Shown here piece by piece: positions 29,067 through 38,331 of a stretch of 64,000 nt of DNA. The translations under genes were made by a program, and so were the position numbers. Every line of letters begins with the position of its first letter. Within the stretch, counting starts at the first letter, position 1. Under the pieces are notes generated by a model that was given only the letters and a program-made list of their open reading frames with translations, searched no databases and was not told the DNA's origin. This DNA comes from a virus: positions 64,001 to 128,000 of IMG/VR virus record IMGVR_UViG_3300031595_000166; one strand, 5' to 3'.

Positions 29067-29774
29067 TCATTTTTTGATATGACCGAACTTATACTTGAAC
29101 AACTTATTGGAATTGATATTCCCAATCAAAAACATATAGACGCCAGACAGCACATACTTCAATGCAGTAGTAATTCTTCCATCCTCATCCAGCCTACGAA
29201 CGCTAACAGGTATTTTATGAGATTTCAATACAGCAAACTTACATATCTTAGCCGCTCGTTGAACATAATCAGAATCTTCCCCTAACATAATTCGTTCATC
29301 AAAGCCAAAGATACTATTATGCACAATTCTCTTAGCGAAAATACAGAAGCCCGGAGCATAAGGAAACATATGAGATGATAATACAATGAAAACATTATAT
29401 GCTTCGTGCATTATATGGTCGATTTTCCTATCAGATAACGGTTCAATCTGACAAGTAGCAATGCCTAACCCCGCATAAACAAACTCATTTATTGAATCTT
29501 TCAAGAAGTCTTTTGGCAATATAACATCTGCATCTAAAAATAGTATTAGTTCCCCAGTTGCTATCTTGGCACCAGCGTTTCTACCAGCACCGGGCAATCC
29601 ACCAGTTGTTATTATTGCATTGTATTCTTTTGCTATCTCTAATGTATCATCAGAAGAATGATTGTCTGCAATTATAATCTCATAATCAGAATATGATTGT
29701 TTTTTGATTGATTCTAATAGTAATGGAAGACACTCTTCCTCATTGAATGTTGGTATAACTATGGATAATTGCAT
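29067..29774 (-). CDS. GT2 family glycosyltransferase
   Basis: SIVIPTFNEE, D..S.D.T, GRNAGA, FLDAD, GEDSD. Confidence 0.9.
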   Translation of the reverse strand: MQLSIVIPTFNEEECLPLLLESIKKQSYSDYEIIIADNHSSDDTLEIAKEYNAIITTGGLPGAGRNAGAKIATGELILFLDADVILPKDFLKDSINEFVYAGLGIATCQIEPLSDRKIDHIMHEAYNVFIVLSSHMFPYAPGFCIFAKRIVHNSIFGFDERIMLGEDSDYVQRAAKICKFAVLKSHKIPVSVRRLDEDGRITTALKYVLSGVYMFLIGNINSNKLFKYKFGHIKK

Positions 29775-30161
29775 TTGATTCTACCAGATATGTAGGAATA
29801 CGATGAACAATACTACTACCATTATTACTATGACTCCTAAGACTAACATTACATCCGCCTCATGAACCATGTGAAGATTAGAATTGCCACGAGTAGTGAT
29901 ACAGCAAAGAATAACATTGGAGTTTCCTATTCTAATAGATTAGATATCTATCTATATAATATGGTATTGTGTATTCTATTTCACCTTCGCTGGATATTTC
30001 TAACGAAACTATCTGATTCGTTGATATAATACAGGTATGTATATCATAAAATGGTTCGGCAACAATGGATGAGCCATATTATGGTATTGAGGCAGACAAC
30101 AACAAAACAGTTTCAACCATAGAGGGGGCTGGGACTGATCCTGGTAGTAAAAAGGATACCT

Positions 30162-31133
30162 ATGGCAACAAGATCTAAAAAATATCAATACATTTTCGCA
30201 GAAGTTTCAGTAAAAGATAGTCTATTAGATAGCAATATAAGCAATATTGCTGGCACGCCATTCAACTTGGCTCAAAAGATATATGCAGAAGAGTCAAGAC
30301 TGTCTAATTACCTTGATAAGGTATTAGAAAAAGGGTTCTCGGCAATTCAACAAGATACCGCACACCTATTGAAACAAGGATTAACAACAATAGAGATAGC
30401 AAAATTACGCGGAGTGAATGTTAGTTCCGTAATCAAGTGCATCAATGGTCAAGGCAAGAAGGGCGGGGGATTGAAGAAGCGTTCTATTACGTTGATTAAA
30501 GAGAATAAATCTACGCTAATAATCTTCATCAATAAGATCAAGAATCTATTACCAGAATCATATGATGACTTGAATCTACCAACATTTAGGCTTGTATCCA
30601 GCGTATTGATGGCGGACGATGATGCACAAAATTGCATTGGTATACGACAATCAGGTCGTCAAACAAGGAACAAAATGATTAAACTAAGTTGGACAGCCAG
30701 CACATCACAAGTTTCGGGATACAATGTATACCGCGACCACAATACAACGCCACTAAACGGTAATGTTCCAGTAGCAGGAACAACATTCACTGACAATTCT
30801 GCATTACCCGGTAAGGTCTATAACTACGAGGTAAAAGCAGTATTCAATGGCGTAGAATCACAAGCAATATCGCTATCGTCATCCGATACACATGCCAAAG
30901 CATTTGCTCTTGGCAAGATTATTCAGGATGCAACAGGTCATTTTCATGAGGCAACGGTTGCTGGAACAACGGGGGCAACGCTTCCCAAGTTCGCAACTGC
31001 ATTGGGCTCGACAACCAAAGATGGTTCAGTCGTCTGGACAGTAAAATCAAGCGGTGCTACTCCAATAGCATTACTAAAATCAGGACAAAGCCCCGCGGCA
31101 CCAAGCAATCTTTTGATTGTTGCTCGTAGCTAA
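30162..31133 (+). CDS. HTH-containing protein fused in frame to an Fn3-like domain (possible internal start at 30675)
   Basis: GLTTIEIAKLRGVNVSSV HTH; LSWTAS..GYNVYR...YEVKAV Fn3 signature. Confidence 0.6.
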   Translation: MATRSKKYQYIFAEVSVKDSLLDSNISNIAGTPFNLAQKIYAEESRLSNYLDKVLEKGFSAIQQDTAHLLKQGLTTIEIAKLRGVNVSSVIKCINGQGKKGGGLKKRSITLIKENKSTLIIFINKIKNLLPESYDDLNLPTFRLVSSVLMADDDAQNCIGIRQSGRQTRNKMIKLSWTASTSQVSGYNVYRDHNTTPLNGNVPVAGTTFTDNSALPGKVYNYEVKAVFNGVESQAISLSSSDTHAKAFALGKIIQDATGHFHEATVAGTTGATLPKFATALGSTTKDGSVVWTVKSSGATPIALLKSGQSPAAPSNLLIVARS

Positions 31134-31161
31134 TCAATTTTATATAAATTGACTCATACTT

Positions 31162-31198
31162 TCCCCGCCCGAGGCGACTTGTTGGCGGGGATTTTTTT
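31162..31198 (+). terminator. intrinsic terminator
   Basis: TCCCCGCC...GGCGGGGA followed by T7. Confidence 0.8.
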
Positions 31199-31206
31199 GT
31201 AGGTTA

Positions 31207-31413
31207 TTATAGGAGGAGAAGTAGTTTCTCGATTTTTTCTTCGGTTAATGGAATTAGTTGATCATATATTCTTAGTAAGATTTTTGTTATCTCTGGGTTG
31301 CAAACGAAGGTTATGTTTTTCAGGAGGTTGTATACAACCATATATTTGCCATGTGTATGATAGCAACATGCTGAATTTAGTTTTGTTTCGGAATTACAGA
31401 TAGGGCAATTCAT
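31207..31413 (-). CDS. CPxC cassette protein, tagged
   Basis: Start MNCPIC at ATGA overlap; LTEEKIEKLLLLL. Confidence 0.85.
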   Translation of the reverse strand: MNCPICNSETKLNSACCYHTHGKYMVVYNLLKNITFVCNPEITKILLRIYDQLIPLTEEKIEKLLLLL

Positions 31414-31685
31414 TTTAGTAATAGTATTGTGTTGATACGATCCTCGGTTAGCCGAAACCATTTATTACGTAGAGTTATAAGAAGATGAATACTAATTTTG
31501 CCATTTGATATAAATGGATCTTTCACAGAATCATCATACACGGATATTCTATTTGAAACAGAATCGATTCTTTGATAGACAATATGATATTTTCCTATTC
31601 TATGAGAATGCCACCATACTCTTCCTTGTTGGGCAGTTCCAATAATTAATTGATCACATTCAGGACAGGGGATAGGATTATTCAT
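31410..31685 (-). CDS. CPxC cassette protein, tagged
   Basis: CPEC...LTEDRINTILLLK. Confidence 0.85.
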   Translation of the reverse strand: MNNPIPCPECDQLIIGTAQQGRVWWHSHRIGKYHIVYQRIDSVSNRISVYDDSVKDPFISNGKISIHLLITLRNKWFRLTEDRINTILLLK

Positions 31686-31888
31686 TTTAGCAATAGCATA
31701 ATTTCAATTCGATCTTCATCAAGAAAAACATGCCCTTTACAATTTAAAATTGATTCACCCCATGGATTATTCGTATAAACATAAGTTCCATGTAGGAAAA
31801 TATTCTCATCGCGATATGAAACCTCATATTTACCAAGTGTATGCCAATGTGAGGCATAAATTATTTCATTGCAGATGGGGCAGTTCAT
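31682..31888 (-). CDS. CPxC cassette protein, tagged
   Basis: CPIC...LDEDRIEIMLLLK. Confidence 0.85.
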   Translation of the reverse strand: MNCPICNEIIYASHWHTLGKYEVSYRDENIFLHGTYVYTNNPWGESILNCKGHVFLDEDRIEIMLLLK

Positions 31889-32154
31889 TGTAGCAATAAC
31901 AATTTCTCTATTCGTTCTTCATCTAATACAACAAAACCATTCAATGTCATCTTAGTTTCCCAACCATAACTATCATCCTTGCCAGTGTATTTTAATTGTA
32001 TTAAAGTTTTCATTTGATCACCATTGCGCGAATCGAATGCAATATATGCAATATACACCACTCGATACTTACCATATCGATGCAACGTATGACCTTGCCA
32101 GCCGATATAACTTTTACATATGGGACACAGAGGAATTTCTATTATATTATTCAT
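31885..32154 (-). CDS. CPxC cassette protein, tagged
   Basis: CPIC...LDEERIEKLLLLQ. Confidence 0.85.
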   Translation of the reverse strand: MNNIIEIPLCPICKSYIGWQGHTLHRYGKYRVVYIAYIAFDSRNGDQMKTLIQLKYTGKDDSYGWETKMTLNGFVVLDEERIEKLLLLQ

Positions 32155-32354
32155 TGTAATAACAATAGTTTCTCTATTCGTTCCTCATCCAATAATACTA
32201 ATCTATCAATTCTAAGTATCCTTTTATTGTTAGGGTATTTTCCAGCCCAAACTGTTACAACATTATCAGAATAGTAATATACTCTATACTTTCCAATATC
32301 ATGAGGGCACATATATCCAATTGGATTATTGCAGATTGGACATCTAGCATTCAT
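32151..32354 (-). CDS. CPxC cassette protein, tagged
   Basis: CPIC...LDEERIEKLLLLQ. Confidence 0.85.
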   Translation of the reverse strand: MNARCPICNNPIGYMCPHDIGKYRVYYYSDNVVTVWAGKYPNNKRILRIDRLVLLDEERIEKLLLLQ

Positions 32355-32779
32355 TGTAATAACAATAATTTCTCTATTCGTTCTTCATCTAACAATACTA
32401 ATTTATTTAGAGCCAATATTTTATTACGATTTGAATATTCCCCAGTCCAAACAACAGTCTCATCATTATAATAATACACACGATATTTTCCCGCATCATG
32501 CTTGCAATAAGCATCAATACCTATACCGCATATAGGGCAATCAACATGAATATCATTACAGAGTATTTCACAATTCATTTTATTCATTGTAATAAACAAT
32601 AATTTCTCTATTCGTTCTTTATCAAGAAACACAAGCCTATCTTTTATACATAATACATTTAGTTCATAAGTAGTATCTACACATATTGTTATAGGATCAA
32701 TAAGATAATATACAGTATATTTTTCATAAATATGAAAACAACAATCATGTATTTCTTCATTACAGATAGGACAGTTCAT
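32351..32779 (-). CDS. two CPxC cassettes fused by a 1-nt insertion
   Basis: Two CPIC units; junction ERIEKLLFITMN has one extra base compared with neighbouring junctions. Confidence 0.75.
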   Translation of the reverse strand: MNCPICNEEIHDCCFHIYEKYTVYYLIDPITICVDTTYELNVLCIKDRLVFLDKERIEKLLFITMNKMNCEILCNDIHVDCPICGIGIDAYCKHDAGKYRVYYYNDETVVWTGEYSNRNKILALNKLVLLDEERIEKLLLLQ

Positions 32780-33027
32780 TTCACGGGTTCGCAATAGCCT
32801 CCGTCAGAATACATTTCACAATACAATGTAATTGTTTTTCCATTAACATTTACAATGCAATTAGTATCTTCCCCCAATTCAACTGGTAATGTATAGCATT
32901 GCACACTCGAACTTCCGGTCAATGATGCACTGATATATTGCATTGCATATGGTATTGCCCAATCACTTTTACTTGTATTGTTTTCGCAAGGTACAAAAAA
33001 CATTGACAAAAGATATAATAATATCAT
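32776..33027 (-). CDS. small Cys-containing secreted protein
   Basis: Hydrophobic N-terminus; ATGA-coupled. Confidence 0.5.
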   Translation of the reverse strand: MILLYLLSMFFVPCENNTSKSDWAIPYAMQYISASLTGSSSVQCYTLPVELGEDTNCIVNVNGKTITLYCEMYSDGGYCEPVK

Positions 33028-33231
33028 GGTTCATCCGAATATAAAATATCTTGATATTGTTCTTGTTGTATTCGTATATTACTATAATGCATTGCACAAG
33101 AAACCAATGCCGGTATAGTAATGAATGCTACTATGATTGTTAGCAACAATGTTATATGACCGTTTATGTTTTGCCTTTGTGTGTTAGTTCCCATACCTGC
33201 TCATATATCAGGCATGTTGTATTAGTGAAAA

Positions 33232-33465
33232 TTATTTTAGGAGCAGGATTGTGTTGATTCGTTTCTCATCCAATAAGACATGCCTATCAAAATCCAATAC
33301 TCTACGCCATACCGTATCAGATTTATCATATACTACTGTAATCTTAGATAGATATCTTATGACATATATCCCAGAAACCTCATCATGAATAAACTGATGT
33401 TCATCCAAGCATATGGGGCAAGTGAATATATACAGGTCAAGTTCATCGCCTTTGCGTTCTATCAT
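33232..33465 (-). CDS. CPxC cassette protein, tagged
   Basis: CPIC...LDEKRINTILLLK. Confidence 0.85.
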   Translation of the reverse strand: MIERKGDELDLYIFTCPICLDEHQFIHDEVSGIYVIRYLSKITVVYDKSDTVWRRVLDFDRHVLLDEKRINTILLLK

Positions 33466-33686
33466 TTCAATACCAATAGTTTCTCAATTCGTTCAATATC
33501 AATCCACCCATCAACACTTAGTATCTCTTCGCCAGTATTATGCTTGTCATTAGAAGAATAAACTACGGTTCTATTTTCCTGAAAATAATCATAATATACA
33601 ATATACTTGCCAAAATAATGACAGCAATATGTAGGATCTTTCATCATCTTATTGCATACAGGGCATCGCAATTCTAATGTTTTCAT
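33462..33686 (-). CDS. CPxC cassette protein, tagged
   Basis: CPVC...IERIEKLLVLK. Confidence 0.85.
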   Translation of the reverse strand: MKTLELRCPVCNKMMKDPTYCCHYFGKYIVYYDYFQENRTVVYSSNDKHNTGEEILSVDGWIDIERIEKLLVLK

Positions 33687-33904
33687 TGTAGTAATAGGAG
33701 TTTTTCAATACGCTCCTTCGTATCCAGTAAGATTAACTTTTTCAATCGCAAAATTATGATATAATCATCAGCATGATCGCGGGCGAAAACGAATGTTTCT
33801 ACTGGCTCATCGAAGTAGCGAACAAGATATTTATCTACTTTGTGTTGACAACAATCATTCTTATCAAGAACCCGAATACGTTCATTGCATTTCGGGCAGT
33901 TCAT
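33683..33904 (-). CDS. CPxC cassette protein, tagged
   Basis: CPKC...KERIEKLLLLQ. Confidence 0.85.
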   Translation of the reverse strand: MNCPKCNERIRVLDKNDCCQHKVDKYLVRYFDEPVETFVFARDHADDYIIILRLKKLILLDTKERIEKLLLLQ

Positions 33905-34110
33905 TGTAGTAATAGGAGTTTCTCAATACGCTCTTCATCAAGAAAGATTCGTTTTTTAAAACGAAGGATATAATCTCCCGATGTACCAACATATACAATT
34001 GTTTTGTATGTAGTCAGTTCATAACATACGACTTCGTATTTGCCTGCTGCATGGACATGAAAAATACGTAAGTTTTTATTGCATACTGGGCAAGTAGAAC
34101 TGTTGTTCAT
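33901..34110 (-). CDS. CPxC cassette protein, tagged
   Basis: CPVC...LDEERIEKLLLLQ. Confidence 0.85.
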   Translation of the reverse strand: MNNSSTCPVCNKNLRIFHVHAAGKYEVVCYELTTYKTIVYVGTSGDYILRFKKRIFLDEERIEKLLLLQ

Positions 34111-34316
34111 TTTAATAAAAATAATTGTTCAATGCGTTCTAATGTCAATGGGATTATATTTTTTAGTCTCAATAACAACAGATCTCCTTTGCTATGAAAA
34201 CTAAAAAACCAAACCATAGTGTTATTGCCCGTAGTGTCATACTCAACATCGTATTTATCTATTGCATGCCAGTGGTGCTTACTTTCTAAGACATCAGAAC
34301 AGATAGGGCAGATCAT
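34107..34316 (-). CDS. CPxC cassette protein, tagged
   Basis: CPIC...LTLERIEQLFLLK. Confidence 0.85.
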   Translation of the reverse strand: MICPICSDVLESKHHWHAIDKYDVEYDTTGNNTMVWFFSFHSKGDLLLLRLKNIIPLTLERIEQLFLLK

Positions 34317-34317
34317 T

Positions 34318-34527
34318 TTATTTCAGTAGGAGGAGTTTCTCAATACGTTCTATTGTCAATACGGCTAACTGACCAAACAATCGCAACAATAGATTTTGTA
34401 TATCAAGATCCCAGACATAAGTATTTGTTCTATTATAGTTAATATAGTTAATATAATACTTTCCGATCCTATGCCAGCACATAGGATTCAACTTTTCGTG
34501 GCAGACTGGGCAAGTGTGTTCTAACAT
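34318..34527 (-). CDS. CPxC cassette protein, tagged
   Basis: CPVC...LTIERIEKLLLLK. Confidence 0.85.
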   Translation of the reverse strand: MLEHTCPVCHEKLNPMCWHRIGKYYINYINYNRTNTYVWDLDIQNLLLRLFGQLAVLTIERIEKLLLLK

Positions 34528-34534
34528 TTTCTTT

Positions 34535-34753
34535 TTATTTCAATAATAGTAATTGTTCTATACGATCGAATGTTAGATGAACAAGACCGGCAAAACGCAA
34601 CACATAACTATTACCATCCCATACATTGGTATTATACCGCTCATGCATAACATATTCTACCCCATACGATTTCACATCATTATTAACGATATGACTGTGT
34701 GGATCGTGGTGGAGATTGTTTCCTAGATCATTGGAACAGATTGGGCAGAGCAT
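34535..34753 (-). CDS. CPxC cassette protein, tagged
   Basis: CPIC...LTFDRIEQLLLLK. Confidence 0.85.
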   Translation of the reverse strand: MLCPICSNDLGNNLHHDPHSHIVNNDVKSYGVEYVMHERYNTNVWDGNSYVLRFAGLVHLTFDRIEQLLLLK

Positions 34754-34762
34754 TTTTTGCCT

Positions 34763-35023
34763 TTATTTGAGTAGTGAGAGTTTCTCAATTCGTTCTTCAT
34801 CTAACACAACGAAGCCATCAAGCCTGAATAATTCTTTCCAATAAGAAGTAGTAGTATATTTGAGCCCAAGACTCATTCCTTCAATGTATGAAGTATCATC
34901 AGAAAGCTTAATGTAAATTAGTGTTTTGCGTTCCTTCGCCACGTAGACGATTTCATATTTTCCAAGAACATGTTCGTGCGAAAGATCTCCACTAAAATCA
35001 ACATTACAGATAGGGCAGATCAT
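34763..35023 (-). CDS. CPxC cassette protein, tagged
   Basis: CPIC...LDEERIEKLSLLK. Confidence 0.85.
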   Translation of the reverse strand: MICPICNVDFSGDLSHEHVLGKYEIVYVAKERKTLIYIKLSDDTSYIEGMSLGLKYTTTSYWKELFRLDGFVVLDEERIEKLSLLK

Positions 35024-35024
35024 T

Positions 35025-35285
35025 TTATTTCAGTAGTGAGAGTTTCTCAATTCGTTCATCATCCAATACAATCAGACCATCCATAACTAATACTAGATTT
35101 GTTATAGGTGGTACTATATCTTGTCCGGTAAAAACCACAGTTTTGTCCATTTCATCCTCAACAAGATATCTAATCTGATGACGAACGAGAATATGACGAT
35201 GATATACATGGAATACTATATGACACATTGGGCATTCACGCGTGTTATCCATTGTAGTTACCTCAACAATAATAGTTTTTGCCAT
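35025..35285 (-). CDS. CPxC cassette protein, tagged
   Basis: CPMC...LDDERIEKLSLLK. Confidence 0.85.
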   Translation of the reverse strand: MAKTIIVEVTTMDNTRECPMCHIVFHVYHRHILVRHQIRYLVEDEMDKTVVFTGQDIVPPITNLVLVMDGLIVLDDERIEKLSLLK

Positions 35286-35494
35286 CGATCATAAACATTC
35301 GGTCGTTTGTTTTTTAGATATGATATAAGTGTCCTATCAGATTCAAAAAAATAGTCAAGAAACGAATCATGTAATAGGATCTCTATTAGATCTTCGTCTG
35401 ATCTTAATGCAAACTCTATTCTGAATATTGTGGGCGTCAAGGCTCCCACACCAAGCACAAGCAAACCAAGGAGGGCGTATCCAATGTTTTTCAT
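35258..35494 (-). CDS. small helical protein with tag (paralog of 49242..49415)
   Basis: SDEDLIE.LL...YLK..RP.VYDRWQKLLLLR. Confidence 0.7.
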   Translation of the reverse strand: MKNIGYALLGLLVLGVGALTPTIFRIEFALRSDEDLIEILLHDSFLDYFFESDRTLISYLKNKRPNVYDRWQKLLLLR

Positions 35495-35877
35495 TTGGGA
35501 CTCTTCGTGTGTTTTGGTATTCCGTAAGTATAATCGGGATAAATAAAATCACGATACCAATGAACATATGTATATGATTTATATGTTCCACCGATTGATA
35601 CTACTGCCTTGCGCCATTCTTTACCATGTCCCGACTCATCTACAAGTAAATGTGCTGCTTCATGCAACAATAGCAGACGCTCTTTCAACATACTCTTACG
35701 AGATAGACATATCCACCCAGTATATTTATACATCGTGTGAGCATGAGCAGCACTTTTTTTGTCAATGATATCGTCTTGATCCACGCATCCGCCAACGGAT
35801 ATTCCCATAACTTCTTTTATGTCGCGAAGACATGGCGGGAAGTGGAATGGATTTTTGATTAGATACTTTTGCTTCAT
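35491..35877 (-). CDS. SprT-like/zincin metalloprotease-like protein
   Basis: LLHEAAHL...GHGKEW. Confidence 0.7.
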   Translation of the reverse strand: MKQKYLIKNPFHFPPCLRDIKEVMGISVGGCVDQDDIIDKKSAAHAHTMYKYTGWICLSRKSMLKERLLLLHEAAHLLVDESGHGKEWRKAVVSIGGTYKSYTYVHWYRDFIYPDYTYGIPKHTKSPK

Positions 35878-35885
35878 ATCAACAA

Positions 35886-36365
35886 TTAAATTAGTATAAG
35901 CATTTTCCTAATGCGATCCATTGACATCGTAAAATCCATACCAGATAGATCTATTTTAGAATGCTTATTGAGAACATTGATTATGTAATCGTTGTAATCA
36001 CTCATAGCTGTATATCTTGAACCAAGGTATATGTATCCTTGCTCACGATAGAAAAAATCACTATCATCGCAGTCATTAGACATCTTCAATTCAGTTTCAG
36101 GATCTGCACCATCAATAAAATCAAAAAGAGTGTTGGCTAATGTTTTAAAATACTTTGCGTTGCTTTCTATATTGTCTGTGCTAAAATGGATGTCGTAAGA
36201 ATAATAACTATTCACATCCCAAATAAAATGTGAAACGAATGTTTCTCGATATAGAAACTTGGGACTATCTTCTGGTGATGGAGGAAAAAGATCACGGAAT
36301 ACACCACGACCAAGCTCATACATTGTATGATTGTTCGTATTGACGAGAGTGTATTCGATACCCAT
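35886..36365 (-). CDS. hypothetical protein with C-terminal tag
   Basis: Ends MDRIRKMLILI. Confidence 0.7.
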   Translation of the reverse strand: MGIEYTLVNTNNHTMYELGRGVFRDLFPPSPEDSPKFLYRETFVSHFIWDVNSYYSYDIHFSTDNIESNAKYFKTLANTLFDFIDGADPETELKMSNDCDDSDFFYREQGYIYLGSRYTAMSDYNDYIINVLNKHSKIDLSGMDFTMSMDRIRKMLILI

Positions 36366-36371
36366 TTTAAT

Positions 36372-36674
36372 TTACCTTTTGATTGAACATTTAGGACAAT
36401 TGCATCCTAATTTATTAGGACCCCAGTAATCGTTAGTTAGTTCTTCACCGCGCTGGATATCTTTCAATGCCAGCATATCAAAATTGGGATTGATTGGGCG
36501 TATGGTTGGCTCACAAGAATGATTGACTCCGCCACTATCACCATATACATGAAAACCAAGCGATGGCGTTTTGATTATAGAACCTTTTGGAATGAAGCAT
36601 TTAGCGAAGATTCCAATGCCATGGATCTTGCTTGGTAAGTTTTCTTTGTAGTGGAGCCAGTTATACGTTTTCAT
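36372..36674 (-). CDS. SET domain protein-lysine methyltransferase-like
   Basis: SKIHGIGIFA..FIPKG, NHSCEP, ALKDIQRGEELTNDY, post-SET CNCPKC. Confidence 0.85.
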   Translation of the reverse strand: MKTYNWLHYKENLPSKIHGIGIFAKCFIPKGSIIKTPSLGFHVYGDSGGVNHSCEPTIRPINPNFDMLALKDIQRGEELTNDYWGPNKLGCNCPKCSIKR

Positions 36675-36938
36675 TTATTGAAGGAGGAGTAGTTTCTCAA
36701 TTCGTTGTTCATCTAATACTACCCAGTCATTCAAGTCTATGACACGAACATATCGACTGTCATGAAATAATGTCTGAAAATCAGGATTATCAATCCATAC
36801 GCTAATGGCTGATAGACCTTCTACTGTATGATAGACTGCTATATATTTACCGAATTTATGATCGTGGCTGGAATAACTATCACGGGATGACAAGAAACAC
36901 TTATGGCATATGGGGCATTGTTGTTCTGTCATAGACAT
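36675..36938 (-). CDS. CPxC cassette protein, tagged
   Basis: CPIC...LDEQRIEKLLLLQ. Confidence 0.85.
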   Translation of the reverse strand: MSMTEQQCPICHKCFLSSRDSYSSHDHKFGKYIAVYHTVEGLSAISVWIDNPDFQTLFHDSRYVRVIDLNDWVVLDEQRIEKLLLLQ

Positions 36939-36947
36939 TGGAATGCT

Positions 36948-37268
36948 TTATTCTTTTTCTTTCAATAGTTTCTTTATGTCATTCGGTAATATATTATGGG
37001 CAGTTGCATCTTCCCATCTTGATATTTCCCAAGCGATACATTGATCCAATGTGAGTTTTATATCTATTTTGACTTCCGACAACACTAATTGACATAACTT
37101 GAATTGCTTTGCCTTCTCGACAAGGTTATCATAAGCAAGTCTTTCGTTGAGAAACTCTTGTGGAAGTTCGCCGAAGACGAGCTTATACTTGTCTTGCGAT
37201 ATCCTCCAAGGATGTTTCTTGCGAACGTTGATTGTTATTTGTTGGAGGAGATCGGCTTTTGATGTCAT
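36948..37268 (-). CDS. hypothetical protein
   Basis: ORF in operon. Confidence 0.55.
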   Translation of the reverse strand: MTSKADLLQQITINVRKKHPWRISQDKYKLVFGELPQEFLNERLAYDNLVEKAKQFKLCQLVLSEVKIDIKLTLDQCIAWEISRWEDATAHNILPNDIKKLLKEKE

Positions 37269-37331
37269 TTTCGTAGTGTCATTGTGTTCCTTATGTTGTT
37301 ATGCGGTTGCGATCATGCGCAGTAGTATATT

Positions 37332-37724
37332 TTATGGATATTGTCTACCGCGCCCTATTGCTTTGTCTTTTAGTCTTCGTGATATGCTCTTTTGCTGACT
37401 TTTATTAAAAATAGAATAATCAGCAACCGAGTGAGCGCTATTATTGTGTTGACTGTCGTCCCACACATCTATACGCTCATTATTAAACTCTTGCAGAGAT
37501 ATAGCCCACGTACTATCAGCACGGTAGCCGTTGGCAATAAAAAGATTGTACGCATTCTGCGCTGACGTCTTATTACCTGCGTCCAATGACAAACAACAAT
37601 TATCCTTTGGCATAGGACAAAAAGACTGTGAAGATGGTTGACCAGTATTAGGATCAACTTCAGCGTGTCTATAAAATATTAGATTAGGATTACCGGTAAT
37701 TTTTGACCCAGTTTTCATACACAT
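37332..37724 (-). CDS. putative ART/RES-like fold protein
   Basis: YR..., SSQSF.P.PKD...LS, late H (SAHSVADY) pattern. Confidence 0.45.
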   Translation of the reverse strand: MCMKTGSKITGNPNLIFYRHAEVDPNTGQPSSQSFCPMPKDNCCLSLDAGNKTSAQNAYNLFIANGYRADSTWAISLQEFNNERIDVWDDSQHNNSAHSVADYSIFNKSQQKSISRRLKDKAIGRGRQYP

Positions 37725-37747
37725 TTATTTGCTTTCAATAAAAACTG

Positions 37748-38287
37748 TTAAATATGTTTTGAGATCCATGCACTAATTGCCTGGGAATCATTTACGTTAC
37801 AGCAAACAACATCATCTGGATCAAAAGAAGTTAGGTTGGTTGCTTCAATACTTACGGTTGTTGAGTCAAAACAAACATCTGTTGCCCAAGTATCTGATAC
37901 CCATTCAGCTTGAATGTTACCTTCTGGTGTGGTAAATATAGAAGGAATAGGAACATTAGAATTGGCTGTAAGTACTGCCATTAGTACCGTAACGGCGGCG
38001 CGAGCAATTGTACCAGTTACAACACCAGAAGACGTAAACTCATTAATACGGTTACACATCAATGTAATTCGCGCATCACGAGTAACGGCTGGAGCACTAA
38101 CAACATCTTGACGCAGTGTGTCAAACGGATCCTTAGCTGCTGTTGGTTGTTGTGGTGGTTGTTCCATATCATTCTCGATCTTAGTGTTCTTATATACCAA
38201 TGCAAGATTATTCCTATCTGCGGAACGAGATGGAGCAGATGGAGCAGATGGAGCAGATGGAGCAGATTGTTCGGATAGATTCGACAT
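37748..38287 (-). CDS. hypothetical partner protein
   Basis: GAGG RBS before MSNLSEQ; PSIFTTPEGNIQAEW; (SAP)4 repeat. Confidence 0.6.
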   Translation of the reverse strand: MSNLSEQSAPSAPSAPSAPSRSADRNNLALVYKNTKIENDMEQPPQQPTAAKDPFDTLRQDVVSAPAVTRDARITLMCNRINEFTSSGVVTGTIARAAVTVLMAVLTANSNVPIPSIFTTPEGNIQAEWVSDTWATDVCFDSTTVSIEATNLTSFDPDDVVCCNVNDSQAISAWISKHI

Positions 38288-38303
38288 TTTAACCTCAGCA
38301 TAC

Positions 38304-38331
38304 AATATAACCACACAAAAACCAATGTCAA
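38304..38331 (-). promoter_or_regulatory. sigma70-type promoter
   Basis: TTGACA-16-TATATT. Confidence 0.7.

Noticed and set aside
31207-35285. CRISPR array or integron attC sites (regularly spaced 35-40 bp repeats)
   Set aside because: The repeats are the coding 3' ends of genes, vary at synonymous positions, are non-palindromic and are spaced about 200-270 bp apart; no cas or integrase gene is present.
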